Shown: positions 50,774 to 61,084, numbered from the stretch's first letter. The stretch: 64,000 nt of DNA from Flavobacteriales bacterium (GCA_022402535.1 JAKRSD010000007.1:13110-77109); one strand, 5' to 3'. Made by a program: numbers and translations. The notes: generated by a model from the sequence alone, not told the origin.

Positions 50774-52065
50774 AAAAACGCGGATTGGTCTGGTTTAAAA
50801 ATGATTTGCGGATTCAGGATAATGAAACGCTGTGGAAAGCAATCGATGAAAATGAAGAAGTAATCTGCGTCTATTGTTTTGATGATGAAATGTTGGAAGA
50901 GGTATATCCGGGCATTAAAAAAATGGGACCCTTCCGCCTGCAATTTCTGCGCGAATCTTTGGAGCAATTGGATAAAAACCTGCGCCGACTGGGTTCGGGA
51001 TTGATGATCCTTTCCGGTAAACCCGAAAATACCATAGCGGAATCGGTTCAACAATATAACATTGAAACCGTGTATACCCAATATGAACCAGCACCCGAAG
51101 AACTTGCCACGCTGAACAAGGTAAAAGACAGGCTGGAAGAAATATCCGTGCCCGTGAAAACGTTTGTTACCGACACGTTATTGGATTACCAAAAACTGCC
51201 CTTTACGGCCGAAAAATTACCCGATATTTTCACCGAATTCCGGAAAAAAGCGGAAAAAGCCGAAGCCTGCATTGCTCCCCTTCCTGCGCCGGAACGAATA
51301 GCTTCGCCTGAAATTCCGCCTTTTGTTTTTCCGGTTACAGATACGGAATCCGAAAAAATATATAACAAGCGTCCGGCACACCGCTGGCGGGGCGGCGAAG
51401 ATGAAGGGCTGCGCAGAATGCATTATTACTATTCGGAAAGCGGATTAATTTCTTCGTACAAAGAAACCCGAAACGGCCTGCTGGGCGAAGATTATTCTTC
51501 CAAATTTTCGCCCTGGTTATCCATAGGCTGTGTTTCTCCCCGCACGCTTTATGCCGAGCTCAAAGCATACGAACAGCAAAAAGGCGCGAATGAATCTACG
51601 TACTGGTTATATTTTGAACTGCTTTGGAGAGAATACTTCCGTTTGCTTTTTTATAAATATCCCGTGCAATTTTTCTGGAAAAAGGGCATCAAACCCTTTG
51701 CTCCGAAAACCCGTTTTCATGCCGAAACCTTTGAAAAATGGAAAACCGGAAACACAGGAAACGCCTTTATTGATGCCAATATGCGCGAATTGAACCTCAC
51801 CGGATTTATGAGCAACCGGGGCAGGCAGAACGTGGCCTCATACTTATGTCATAACCTGCATATTGATTTCCGTTATGGAGCCGCCTATTTCGAAGAGCGG
51901 CTGATTGATTTTGATGTATATAACAACTGGGGGAATTGGGCGTATGTAGCCGGTGTGGGAAACGATCCCAGGCCGAACCGCATTTTTAACATCGAAAAAC
52001 AGGCCGACATGTATGATTCCGAAGGGCTTTTCAGCGGATACTGGATGGAAAAATCAATTGATTAA
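50770..52065 (+). CDS. Cryptochrome-DASH / class I CPD photolyase family protein
   Basis: GLVWFKNDLRIQDNETL N-terminus. FAD-binding domain motifs WREYFRLL, GFMSNRGRQNVASYL and NWGNWAYVAGVGNDPRPNRIFN. The start overlaps the previous stop by 4 nt. Confidence 0.8.
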   Translation: MKKRGLVWFKNDLRIQDNETLWKAIDENEEVICVYCFDDEMLEEVYPGIKKMGPFRLQFLRESLEQLDKNLRRLGSGLMILSGKPENTIAESVQQYNIETVYTQYEPAPEELATLNKVKDRLEEISVPVKTFVTDTLLDYQKLPFTAEKLPDIFTEFRKKAEKAEACIAPLPAPERIASPEIPPFVFPVTDTESEKIYNKRPAHRWRGGEDEGLRRMHYYYSESGLISSYKETRNGLLGEDYSSKFSPWLSIGCVSPRTLYAELKAYEQQKGANESTYWLYFELLWREYFRLLFYKYPVQFFWKKGIKPFAPKTRFHAETFEKWKTGNTGNAFIDANMRELNLTGFMSNRGRQNVASYLCHNLHIDFRYGAAYFEERLIDFDVYNNWGNWAYVAGVGNDPRPNRIFNIEKQADMYDSEGLFSGYWMEKSID

Positions 52066-52835
52066 ATTAATCCGGCGCCCAATGCAACCGACAGGCAGAT
52101 AAGCATGACGGCAACAAAAATCTGTAGAAAGCGAAGCGTTACTTTTTTCAGCAGTTTATTTCCGATAAAGGCCCCGGCAATCGCGGCAGATGTGGCTATC
52201 GTCACAATTGTTATATTTTCTGTGAGTCCCGAACGGGAAAAGCGGGTGGCATAAACGCCCAAACGGGTTATATCTACCAGGGTGGAAACCACAACCGCCG
52301 TGCCGATAAATGCTTCCTTTGACAATCCGGCTTTGATTAAAAATGCGCTTCGCAGGGCTCCCTGATTACCGGATAATCCGCCGAAAAAACCGCTTAACAT
52401 CCCTCCCAGCGGAAGTTTTTCTTTGCCGAATTGCAAACGCCCGAAATACGGAATCAAATCCATACATGCGAACACAATCAGCAAAACACTGATAATGAGT
52501 TTCACCGGCACAATTTGAAACGTACGGCTGTTGAGTGTATATTCATAAAGGGGTTCTCCCCCTTCAATCTGGAGCAATAACCAGGCCCCCACCAACGCCG
52601 CCAATACCGCAGGAATACCAAAACGGAACACCACCTGCTTATCGGCATTCCGGCCCACCAGTCCCACCTTAAACAGGTTATTAAAAAAGTGGACCACACC
52701 CGTGAGGGCAATTGCTTCTTCTACCGGAAAAAAGACCATAAAAACGGGTGTAAGCAGCGTGCCCAATCCAAAACCCGAAAAAAAGGTGAGTATTGCCGCC
52801 AAAAACGCAACCGACGAAATCAGCACTATTTCCAT
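52062..52835 (-). CDS. TauE/SafE (DUF81) sulfite-exporter family membrane protein
   Basis: 257 aa, 7-8 TM. N-terminal AAILTFFSGFGLGTLLTPVFMVFF and a second GG-rich repeat half. Confidence 0.8.
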   Translation of the reverse strand: MEIVLISSVAFLAAILTFFSGFGLGTLLTPVFMVFFPVEEAIALTGVVHFFNNLFKVGLVGRNADKQVVFRFGIPAVLAALVGAWLLLQIEGGEPLYEYTLNSRTFQIVPVKLIISVLLIVFACMDLIPYFGRLQFGKEKLPLGGMLSGFFGGLSGNQGALRSAFLIKAGLSKEAFIGTAVVVSTLVDITRLGVYATRFSRSGLTENITIVTIATSAAIAGAFIGNKLLKKVTLRFLQIFVAVMLICLSVALGAGLI

Positions 52836-53263
52836 GAAGCCTTAAATTGTAATTGGTAATCTACCGAAAAGCGGCCTCCGCCTTTATATAACAGAAAAAG
52901 ATTTCCCATAATCATGCTCCAGTCCGTGCGGCTTCCGTGCATCATTTCCCAAAATCCGGCTTCAGCCAGCACTTTTCCTTTGGTGGTAAAAACCGCCACC
53001 GCCATAATGCATAAAAGAGGTATTGCCGCCATACGGGTGAAAAGCCCGAATAACACCAATGCCCCGCACACGATTTCAAAAGCGCCCACAAAAGCGCCTA
53101 AAAATTCCGGTTCGGGTAATCCGATTTTTTCAAAACGACCCGCACCGCGCAGAGCCGGGTACAAAAACTTCTGAATGCCTTCCGAAACAAACACGGCACC
53201 CACCATAAACCTGATGAGCAGAGTGGCTCCGGAAGAATCTGTGCTGAGTATATTTTGAATCAT
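52826..53263 (-). CDS. DoxX-family membrane protein
   Basis: LLIRFMVGAVFVSEGIQKFL...GAFEIVCGALVLFG motif pattern. 145 aa. Confidence 0.8.
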   Translation of the reverse strand: MIQNILSTDSSGATLLIRFMVGAVFVSEGIQKFLYPALRGAGRFEKIGLPEPEFLGAFVGAFEIVCGALVLFGLFTRMAAIPLLCIMAVAVFTTKGKVLAEAGFWEMMHGSRTDWSMIMGNLFLLYKGGGRFSVDYQLQFKASWK

Positions 53264-53366
53264 AACATAGCGAAGTTAATTATATCGATTAAATCGCAGG
53301 CCGTAAGGAATAAAAGACATTTTTCGTGGCACCAAAAATTTTACCTTTGCCCGCAACGACAGTTTT

Positions 53367-54734
53367 ATGCCAAAATATTTTGAAAACATACTGGGCACCA
53401 TAGGCCATACCCCCATGGTGAAACTCAATAAAATCACCGAAGAAGTACCGGCGCTGGTACTTGCCAAAGTGGAAACCTTTAATCCCGGAAATTCCATCAA
53501 AGACCGTATGGCCCTGAAAATGGTGGAAGATGCCGAAAAATCCGGACTGCTGAAACCCGGCGGAACCATCATTGAAGGTACTTCGGGCAATACGGGAATG
53601 GGATTGGCCATAGCCGCCATCATCAAAGGGTATAAATGCATTTTCACCACCACCGACAAACAATCCAAAGAAAAAGTGGATGCCCTGAAAGCCTTCGGGG
53701 CCGATGTAATTGTTTGTCCCACAGATGTAGATCCGGAAGATCCGCGCTCGTATTATTCGGTTTCGTCAAGACTTGAAAAAGAAGTGCCCGGCGCCTGGAA
53801 ACCCAATCAGTACGACAATCCGAGCAATGCACAGGCGCACTACGAAACCACGGGACCCGAAATCTGGGAACAGACCGAAGGCAAAATCACGCATCTGGTG
53901 GTGGGTGTGGGCACCGGAGGAACCATTTGCGGAACCGCGAAATATTTGAAAGAAAAAAATCCGAACATCAAAGTATGGGGAATTGACACTTACGGCTCGG
54001 TATTTAAAAAATACCATGAAACCGGCGTATTCGATAAAAATGAAATTTATCCTTACGTAACCGAAGGCATCGGGGAAGATTTTCTGCCCGCTAATGTGGA
54101 TTTTTCGTTGATAGACCATTTTGAAAAAGTAACGGATAAAGACGCCGCTATTTATACCAAAGAGCTCACCCGCAAGGAAGGAATCTGGGCAGGAAACTCA
54201 GCCGGTTCGGCCATTGCCGGATTGTTGCAGATGAAAGACAAACTCACCAAAGACGATGTGGTGGTGGTGATTTTTCACGATCACGGTTCGCGGTATCTGG
54301 GCAAAATGTTCAACGACGACTGGATGCGCATGAAAGGCTATATCAATCAGGAGGGTCAAACTGCCAAAGATCTGGTGGAAATGAACTCCGGCATAGAACT
54401 GATTACCGTGGAAGCCGATGTGCTGATTGCGGATGCCATAAAAATGATGAGCGAAAAAGATATTTCGCAAATTCCGGTTACCCGCGATAAACGGATTGTG
54501 GGTTCCATCAACGAAAGCCATGTGTTTAAAAGGATTACCGAAAATCCCGATATCAAAGGACAAACCGTGGAAAGTGTGATGGAAAAAGCGTTTCCGTTTG
54601 CCGATATCAGCACATCCATACACGATCTTTCGCGCATGATTACTTCAGATAATCCTGCCGTTCTGGTGCGCGATTTCAAAACCGATAAAACGTACATCAT
54701 CACCCGTCATGACATTCTGAAGGCAATATGCTGA
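53367..54734 (+). CDS. Cystathionine beta-synthase (PLP-dependent CysK-fold plus C-terminal CBS pair)
   Basis: PLP motif NPGNSIKDRMALKMV (Lys). Glycine loop GTSGNTGMGLA. Tandem C-terminal CBS domains. 455 aa. Confidence 0.85.
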   Translation: MPKYFENILGTIGHTPMVKLNKITEEVPALVLAKVETFNPGNSIKDRMALKMVEDAEKSGLLKPGGTIIEGTSGNTGMGLAIAAIIKGYKCIFTTTDKQSKEKVDALKAFGADVIVCPTDVDPEDPRSYYSVSSRLEKEVPGAWKPNQYDNPSNAQAHYETTGPEIWEQTEGKITHLVVGVGTGGTICGTAKYLKEKNPNIKVWGIDTYGSVFKKYHETGVFDKNEIYPYVTEGIGEDFLPANVDFSLIDHFEKVTDKDAAIYTKELTRKEGIWAGNSAGSAIAGLLQMKDKLTKDDVVVVIFHDHGSRYLGKMFNDDWMRMKGYINQEGQTAKDLVEMNSGIELITVEADVLIADAIKMMSEKDISQIPVTRDKRIVGSINESHVFKRITENPDIKGQTVESVMEKAFPFADISTSIHDLSRMITSDNPAVLVRDFKTDKTYIITRHDILKAIC

Positions 54735-55543
54735 AAAGAAAATTGGTAAGAGACCAGATGGGGTTTTCCATCAATGTGCCCGAAAAACCCATGCGGATAG
54801 TGTCGTTGGTGCCCTCGCTCACCGAACTTCTTTGCGATTTGGGCTTAGAAAACCGGTTGTACGGGGTAACGAAATTCTGCATACATCCCGAAGAAGTTGT
54901 AAGTCAAAAAACCAAAGTGGGCGGCACCAAAACCTTTCATATCGAGGCCATTAAGGTGTTGAATCCGGATTTAATTATTGCCAATAAAGAAGAAAACGAC
55001 GAGGAGCTGATTTTAAAACTCAAACAGCATTATCCGGTCTGGATTTCGGATATTGAAACCTTAGATGACTGCCTGAAAACCATACGCGAAATAGGCGATA
55101 TAACAGACACCCGGAAACATGCCGAGCGGATTTCAGAAAAAATCAGGCAGGGATTTAGTGAAATTCCCGTTCCGCCCAGAAAACTGAGAGCGGCCTACCT
55201 GATTTGGAGAAGGCCGTATATGAGCATCAACCGCCGTACATTCATTCACGACATAATGGAGCGCTGCGGATTAGAAAATGTATTTGCCGGGGAAGAATCC
55301 CGCTATCCGGAAATTACGGCCGAACAGCTGAAAAAGGCCAATCCCGAAGTGATTTTTTTAAGTTCTGAGCCCTATCCTTTCTCCGAAAAACATTTTGAAG
55401 AAATAGAACAACTGCTGCCCGACTGTTCGGTGGTTTTAGCCGACGGAGAAATGTTTTCGTGGTATGGCAGCCACATGATGTTTGCGCCGGCGTACTTCAA
55501 CAAGTTGATGGATGAAGTAATTCTTCCGCTTACAAAAGCATAG
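54728..55543 (+). CDS. TroA/BtuF-like (cluster A-II) periplasmic substrate-binding protein
   Basis: RIVSLVPSLTELLCDLGLENRLYGVT...LNPDLIIANKEEN pattern of class III binding proteins. Overlaps the CBS gene by 7 nt. Confidence 0.7.
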   Translation: MLKRKLVRDQMGFSINVPEKPMRIVSLVPSLTELLCDLGLENRLYGVTKFCIHPEEVVSQKTKVGGTKTFHIEAIKVLNPDLIIANKEENDEELILKLKQHYPVWISDIETLDDCLKTIREIGDITDTRKHAERISEKIRQGFSEIPVPPRKLRAAYLIWRRPYMSINRRTFIHDIMERCGLENVFAGEESRYPEITAEQLKKANPEVIFLSSEPYPFSEKHFEEIEQLLPDCSVVLADGEMFSWYGSHMMFAPAYFNKLMDEVILPLTKA

Positions 55544-55546
55544 TTT

Positions 55547-58500
55547 CTATTTCTGCACCACAATTCTTTTTACATGCGTAGTTTCTCCTATGCGGATGTG
55601 TATCAAATACATTCCGGCGGCCAGCTCTTGGGTAGAAACCGCACATTCGGGGGATGAAAAATCAAGCGACTGAATCTGCTTTCCTTTGATGTCCGTAATT
55701 TGAATGTTTGAAACCGGGTCAGAAAACGATTTCACAAAAAATACATCCCGTGCAGGATTCGGGAATACGGATAAAAGGTGATTTTGTGTTCCCGAGATGG
55801 AAGAAACATCTACAATGGTAAATGAAGAGGTACTCGAACATCCGTCTGCGTTGGACACGGTTACCTGATAATTTCCGGGCGATAAATTAGAAAGTGTAGG
55901 TCCGGATTCATTGGGAAATCCGCTCCAAGAATACGAGTAAGGTCCTACTCCCGAAAGCTGGGTAACCGTTGCCGAACCGCCCGAAACGCCATCGGAAGGC
56001 GTAAGGGCTAATTGAAAATCAATGCCGTCAGTAACGGTGATATAGGCAGTTTTAGTGAATGTTTGCGAACCGTTGGCATTGATTGCCGTAAGCGAAACCG
56101 AATACACCCCAGGCGTGGAATACGTAACCGTCGGAGACGGTAATATCGAAGTGACCGGAGTTCCACCCGGAAAAGACCACGCATAAGAAGTAGCTCCGGG
56201 GAGAACCAACTGCTGAAATTGCACGGGTAAATCGGTACAGATATCTGTTTTGTCGGCATAAAAGTCTACCTCATCTGAAAAAGAACATCCGGCAGGTAAA
56301 TCAAACGCTTCCGTTTCATCACCTACCACATCCGAACTGCCCTGTGAAGCGCTAAACCCTAATCCTCTTCGGGCAAATGTTTTCCAGATAATGCAAGAAT
56401 GAACCCCGTTATATAACAACTGATCGGCCTGTAAAATAGCATCGCGGGAATCTACAAAACCCGGGAAACAAGGCTGTAAGCGCATGCCTTCCATCACCAG
56501 CCGGATGGCAATATTATTCCCCCCTGCGTTTGAATAAAGGTTATAGGAATGTCCATACACTTCGGCCAAATTCCAATATAAATCCCAAATCATGGTACAC
56601 CAGACAGAACCTACGCCATGCGGTATGCTTAAACCGTCAATATCAGCGTATGTAAGCGGATTCACCGTCATATCGCGCGAATATTTGTAGGGTCTGATTC
56701 CACCTCCCGTGGTGCTTTGATTGGACACAAACGTTCCGATTCCTCTACCGTCATTAGCGGAGCTGCCCGGCATATCGGATAAAATCAAACCAAAAAAATC
56801 GCTCCATCCTTCTCCCGCCTGTTCTTCGTTAAATAAACAATCCACATTGGAAGGACCTGCGGTCAATCGGTTCGAAATACCATGACCATATTCATGACTG
56901 ATTACTCCATTGTCGAAATTACTGTCGAAAACAGAAGATGCTGCCGCACCGCCCACAGAGCCGTTTACCGTGGTCTGACTCATCTGATTTTTAATCAACG
57001 TACCGTTGGGTAAAGAAAGACTGATTACCGGAATATTCACCTGCCCGTTGTCATTTCCGCCCATGCTGTTGGCCTCCGTACCCTGGTTATTGATGATAAT
57101 AACCGCTACCGCGCCGGCATTTTGAGCATTGAGTGCTTTTTGGACAAAGGTGCAGGTTCCCCGGTCAAAAACGGCAATTTTACCATTCATAGATGCGGCA
57201 TTCAACAACGTTCCACAGCCTTGAGAGGGATTTACTGACCCATCGTTGGCCAACACTAAATCCGCCGTAATGGGAACCGTCGGAACAGGAGGACCAAACG
57301 TAGCTCCTGCTGCGTTGTAAGGCCCGGCAATAGACGCGGGAGTATTTACCGTAAAAAACTGACCCACGGAAGAATACCAAAGATACATCTGCATACGGGG
57401 GTTAAACCCATCTTCAGGCGTGCCGAAGTTGGCATTATTGGTGCCGCCTCCATCAAATCCTTGGGCCTCCACATAATCAAATTCCTGTCCGCCGTTGTTA
57501 TAGTTGTTTTGCTGAAAATTGCCGCTTTCCTCATCAAATCCATAAAAATAACTGATGTCATGCAGGTAATTATTCCACACAAACAAATTGGTGATGGCGG
57601 CATCCATATTGCTTTGTGGAGTCTGAGTAAAGTTCAACGGAAAATCAAACACCAGACCGGCACCGCCGTCGGGCGAATAGCCGGGTATATCAGAATCATT
57701 TTCATCTTCATAGGCATGTACATTGTTTCCTCGGGTGATGGTATATTCTGCTCCGGGAATACCATTTTCATCGTGCCAGCCGAAAGGAGATGCCGGCGGA
57801 AATTCAACTCCCGATAAAAGCTGTCGCGTACCATGATTCGGACTTTCTATACCCAGCGGAAACGCATTATACACCCCCGAAGAAAGACTTTTTTCCGGTG
57901 CCGATTGCTGAACCTGTGAGCAGAATTCTGTAGCGGCATGAGTATGATCTGAATCAAACTGACAAGAAAGAGTTCGGTTATTTACGCCGATAATTTCACC
58001 GTTTATCGCATCTACCCGGATGTTGAACATATCATGGGTGGCTTTGGGCTCCACAAACAGGCGATAAGCCAAAACCAATTTCCCGTTTACATAATCGTAG
58101 CCAAGCGTAGCACGTACGGGCCTGTGAAATAAATCCTCATTAATGAGCAAAACCCGGTTGGGATCTGAAGTGGTTTCGATTTTAATTGACACGGTTGATG
58201 TGATTCCCACCTTTCTTAATGCCGCATAAAGCGCTTCTGAAGGCGATAGCACCGGAACAGACGCATTAAAAATGGTCTTTTTGTTCTTGACAAAACGACT
58301 GTTTTTGGCAACCAATTGCTGGTTTTTATCAAAATGCAGCTGCATTTGGGCATTAAAAATTTCAAACCCATTCAGCGTTTGCGATACGTACACATGCGAG
58401 GTACCTGTAGATTTTCGGGTATAATTGTCGGTAATGATGTATTCCGAAGCATCATCAGGCGAAACGGACAACTCCGCGGCAGCCTGCTGCACCGAACGTT

Positions 58501-58591
58501 GGATGAATTGAGGCGAAATTTGAGCTAAAGAAAGGGTATGAAACCCAATGAAAATGACTCCTGTCAAAAATGCGGATGCAACTATTCTCAT
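55547..58591 (-). CDS. M36 (fungalysin-like) zinc metalloprotease with PA domain, PKD-like domains and a T9SS type A C-terminal sorting domain
   Basis: Signal peptide. HEYGHGISNRLTAGP (M36 HEXXH context). PA domain GKIAVFDRGTCTFVQKALNAQNAGAVAVIIIN. Ig/PKD-like repeats. C-terminal LSVFPNPARDVFFVK...MYLIHIRIGETTHVKRIVVQK. Confidence 0.8.
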   Translation of the reverse strand: MRIVASAFLTGVIFIGFHTLSLAQISPQFIQRSVQQAAAELSVSPDDASEYIITDNYTRKSTGTSHVYVSQTLNGFEIFNAQMQLHFDKNQQLVAKNSRFVKNKKTIFNASVPVLSPSEALYAALRKVGITSTVSIKIETTSDPNRVLLINEDLFHRPVRATLGYDYVNGKLVLAYRLFVEPKATHDMFNIRVDAINGEIIGVNNRTLSCQFDSDHTHAATEFCSQVQQSAPEKSLSSGVYNAFPLGIESPNHGTRQLLSGVEFPPASPFGWHDENGIPGAEYTITRGNNVHAYEDENDSDIPGYSPDGGAGLVFDFPLNFTQTPQSNMDAAITNLFVWNNYLHDISYFYGFDEESGNFQQNNYNNGGQEFDYVEAQGFDGGGTNNANFGTPEDGFNPRMQMYLWYSSVGQFFTVNTPASIAGPYNAAGATFGPPVPTVPITADLVLANDGSVNPSQGCGTLLNAASMNGKIAVFDRGTCTFVQKALNAQNAGAVAVIIINNQGTEANSMGGNDNGQVNIPVISLSLPNGTLIKNQMSQTTVNGSVGGAAASSVFDSNFDNGVISHEYGHGISNRLTAGPSNVDCLFNEEQAGEGWSDFFGLILSDMPGSSANDGRGIGTFVSNQSTTGGGIRPYKYSRDMTVNPLTYADIDGLSIPHGVGSVWCTMIWDLYWNLAEVYGHSYNLYSNAGGNNIAIRLVMEGMRLQPCFPGFVDSRDAILQADQLLYNGVHSCIIWKTFARRGLGFSASQGSSDVVGDETEAFDLPAGCSFSDEVDFYADKTDICTDLPVQFQQLVLPGATSYAWSFPGGTPVTSILPSPTVTYSTPGVYSVSLTAINANGSQTFTKTAYITVTDGIDFQLALTPSDGVSGGSATVTQLSGVGPYSYSWSGFPNESGPTLSNLSPGNYQVTVSNADGCSSTSSFTIVDVSSISGTQNHLLSVFPNPARDVFFVKSFSDPVSNIQITDIKGKQIQSLDFSSPECAVSTQELAAGMYLIHIRIGETTHVKRIVVQK

Positions 58592-58751
58592 AAACGTAAC
58601 CTAAAAATGGAAAGGCTAAATTAATCTAAAATTCATACGCCGTGTGTTAAGTGTTAAATTGTACACACGATTCATCAAATCCGGCCTTTTTAGCGGATTA
58701 AAAACTACATTTGTACACGTTGTTTTACCATTTAATTCCTTCATTTTTTTA

Positions 58752-61049
58752 ATGATTTTCAGGTTCAGAAAAACTACCCTTTTTCTATTCACCATTTTTT
58801 TATCCACAACCTTATCGGCCCAAAAAGTGGGCGTAGTTTTATCGGGCGGCGGCGCATTGGGAATTGCACATATCGGCGTGCTCAAACAACTCGAAAAAAA
58901 CAAAATTCCCATTGATTATATCGCCGGAACCTCAATGGGAGCCATGATTGCCGGACTTTACAGCTGCGGATATTCTCCCGAAGAAATGGAAGAACTCGTA
59001 CTAAATCCCGAATTTCAATCGCTGGTGACCGGAAAGTTGAACGACAAATACATTTTTTACTTTAAAAAACAGGAACCGAATGCTTCCTTTTTAAATCTGA
59101 AACTGAATCTGGACTCGGCATTTCGCACTTCGCTGCCCACCAATGTGGTTTCTTCCTATAATCTCGATTATGCCCTGATGGAACTTACCGCCCCGGCCAA
59201 TGCCGCTTCAGGATATAATTTCGACAGTCTGTTTGTACCCTTCCGGTGCATAGGCGGCGATATCAAAAACAAAAAACAGGTAGTTTTTAAAAACGGTATT
59301 TTATCCCAGGCAATCCGCGCTTCGGCTACCTATCCGCTGTATATCAAACCCATCAAAGTGAATGATGTGCTCATGTTTGACGGCGGATTATATAACAACT
59401 TTCCGGCAGATGTAATTGACAAAGAATTTAATCCGGAACTCATCATCGGCAGTAATGTGGCGGGCACCGGTGGCGGTGAACCCGACGAAGACGACCTGAT
59501 TTCGTATATCAAATACATGGTGATGGGCCGCACGAATTATAACCCCATCTGCGAAAACATGATCATCATTACCCCCAATGTGGATGTTACCGTGTTTGAT
59601 TTTACCCGAAATGCCCAATCCATTGCCGAAGGCGAAAGAGCCGCCAAAGAAAAACTGGATAGCATAAAAATGTATGTTCGGGATTATGCGGACCCTGAAG
59701 GGTTACAAAAGAAACGCGAATCCTTCCGAAGCAAATGGAAACCCCTGGTATTTGATGATATTACCTTCAGCGGGCTGACCAAAAAACAAACCCTGTACGT
59801 GAAAAAACTGCTGAGCGACAAGCGCCGCGATACCATTTCTTCGGGCATGTTGAAAAAGCAATACTTCCGGCTGGTTGCCGATGAAAAAATCAAAGACATT
59901 TATCCCATGGCCGAACAGAACGACAGCAGCGGTCATTACAATCTGCACCTGAACGTAAAACCCGATCAGAGTTTTGAAGTACAGCTGGGCGGAAGTCTAT
60001 CCTGGAAACCGGTAAATACGGCTTTTGTGGGTTTCCGATACAAACGCCTTTGGGACAACGCCATGTCGATTTATGGAAACGCCTATTTTGGCCGGGTATA
60101 CAATTCCGCAAAGTTTGGACTGCGGTTCGATTTTCCATCCAAAACTCCGTTTTTTATCCAACCGGCGTACACGTATAACCGGTATAACTTTTTCCCCAAC
60201 CGGGGAGTCGTGGTAGAAAAAACAAGGCTTTCCTCCGTAATCACCAACCAGCACGAAGCCGGTTTAGCGGTAGGACTTCCGCTTACCACCCGCGGAAAAA
60301 TACTGGCCGGCGGCTCGTTTGTTTATGCCCAGAGCGATTATTATCAGAGTACCAATTTCATTCAATCCGACACCGCCGACAGAACCATTATCCGGGCCGG
60401 ACAGGCATATGTTACTTACGAGCAAAACAGCCTGGACCGTAAACAGTTTGCTTCGCGGGGAGGTTATCTGGGCGTAAGTCTTCGTTATGTGAACGGTTTT
60501 GAATTTACCTATCCGGGCAGCACAGCCATCAGCGCCACAACCGTTGAAAACAGGCCCATCTGGTGGTTACAGTTTTCGATAAAAGCCGAAAAATATTTCC
60601 TCCGTAACCGACGGTTCCGTCCCGGATTCAGTGCCGAATTCTTTTATTCTTCCATGCCGTTTCTGTCTAACTACAACGCCACACTCATTATGGCAAGGCA
60701 ACACGCGCCCAATCCCGAAAGCAAAGTCATTTATATGGAAGAATTCCGGAGCCTGTTTTTTATGGCAGCAGGCCCCAAAGTGGTGTGCAGCATCACCAAA
60801 AACCTGGAAGCCCGTGCCGAACTCAGTATTTTTCAAAACATAAGAGAAATGGACAAACAGGCTGATTTAACAGCCTCCTGGGGAAATTATTTCCATCGTA
60901 TGCGCACCATTTCCACGGGCGGAATTGTATATCATACGCCGGTGGGACCGGTAAGTCTGATGTTCAGCTATTATCAGGGTGCACGGAATCCGTATTCGCT
61001 CATGTTTAATATCGGATATATTATACACAATAAAGCGGCCTTTGATTAG
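58752..61049 (+). CDS. Patatin-like phospholipase fused to an Omp85/BamA-type beta-barrel (PlpD-like, type Vd secretion architecture)
   Basis: GVVLSGGGALGIAHIGVLKQL (oxyanion G-G-G-x-G) and GTSMGA (GxSxG). The C-terminal ~350 aa are beta-strand-rich and end in an aromatic residue (..AAF). The track ORF starts at an upstream GTG (58644), but the ATG at 58752 gives a signal peptide. Confidence 0.75.
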   Translation: MIFRFRKTTLFLFTIFLSTTLSAQKVGVVLSGGGALGIAHIGVLKQLEKNKIPIDYIAGTSMGAMIAGLYSCGYSPEEMEELVLNPEFQSLVTGKLNDKYIFYFKKQEPNASFLNLKLNLDSAFRTSLPTNVVSSYNLDYALMELTAPANAASGYNFDSLFVPFRCIGGDIKNKKQVVFKNGILSQAIRASATYPLYIKPIKVNDVLMFDGGLYNNFPADVIDKEFNPELIIGSNVAGTGGGEPDEDDLISYIKYMVMGRTNYNPICENMIIITPNVDVTVFDFTRNAQSIAEGERAAKEKLDSIKMYVRDYADPEGLQKKRESFRSKWKPLVFDDITFSGLTKKQTLYVKKLLSDKRRDTISSGMLKKQYFRLVADEKIKDIYPMAEQNDSSGHYNLHLNVKPDQSFEVQLGGSLSWKPVNTAFVGFRYKRLWDNAMSIYGNAYFGRVYNSAKFGLRFDFPSKTPFFIQPAYTYNRYNFFPNRGVVVEKTRLSSVITNQHEAGLAVGLPLTTRGKILAGGSFVYAQSDYYQSTNFIQSDTADRTIIRAGQAYVTYEQNSLDRKQFASRGGYLGVSLRYVNGFEFTYPGSTAISATTVENRPIWWLQFSIKAEKYFLRNRRFRPGFSAEFFYSSMPFLSNYNATLIMARQHAPNPESKVIYMEEFRSLFFMAAGPKVVCSITKNLEARAELSIFQNIREMDKQADLTASWGNYFHRMRTISTGGIVYHTPVGPVSLMFSYYQGARNPYSLMFNIGYIIHNKAAFD

Positions 61050-61084
61050 TTTCTATATTTGCCCGTAAATACATAAATCCGGTT

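Noticed and set aside
49608-51081. Several 130-160-aa minus-strand ORFs overlapping the two photolyase genes
   Set aside because: They are antisense to CDSs with diagnostic FAD-binding/photolyase motifs and have no motifs of their own.
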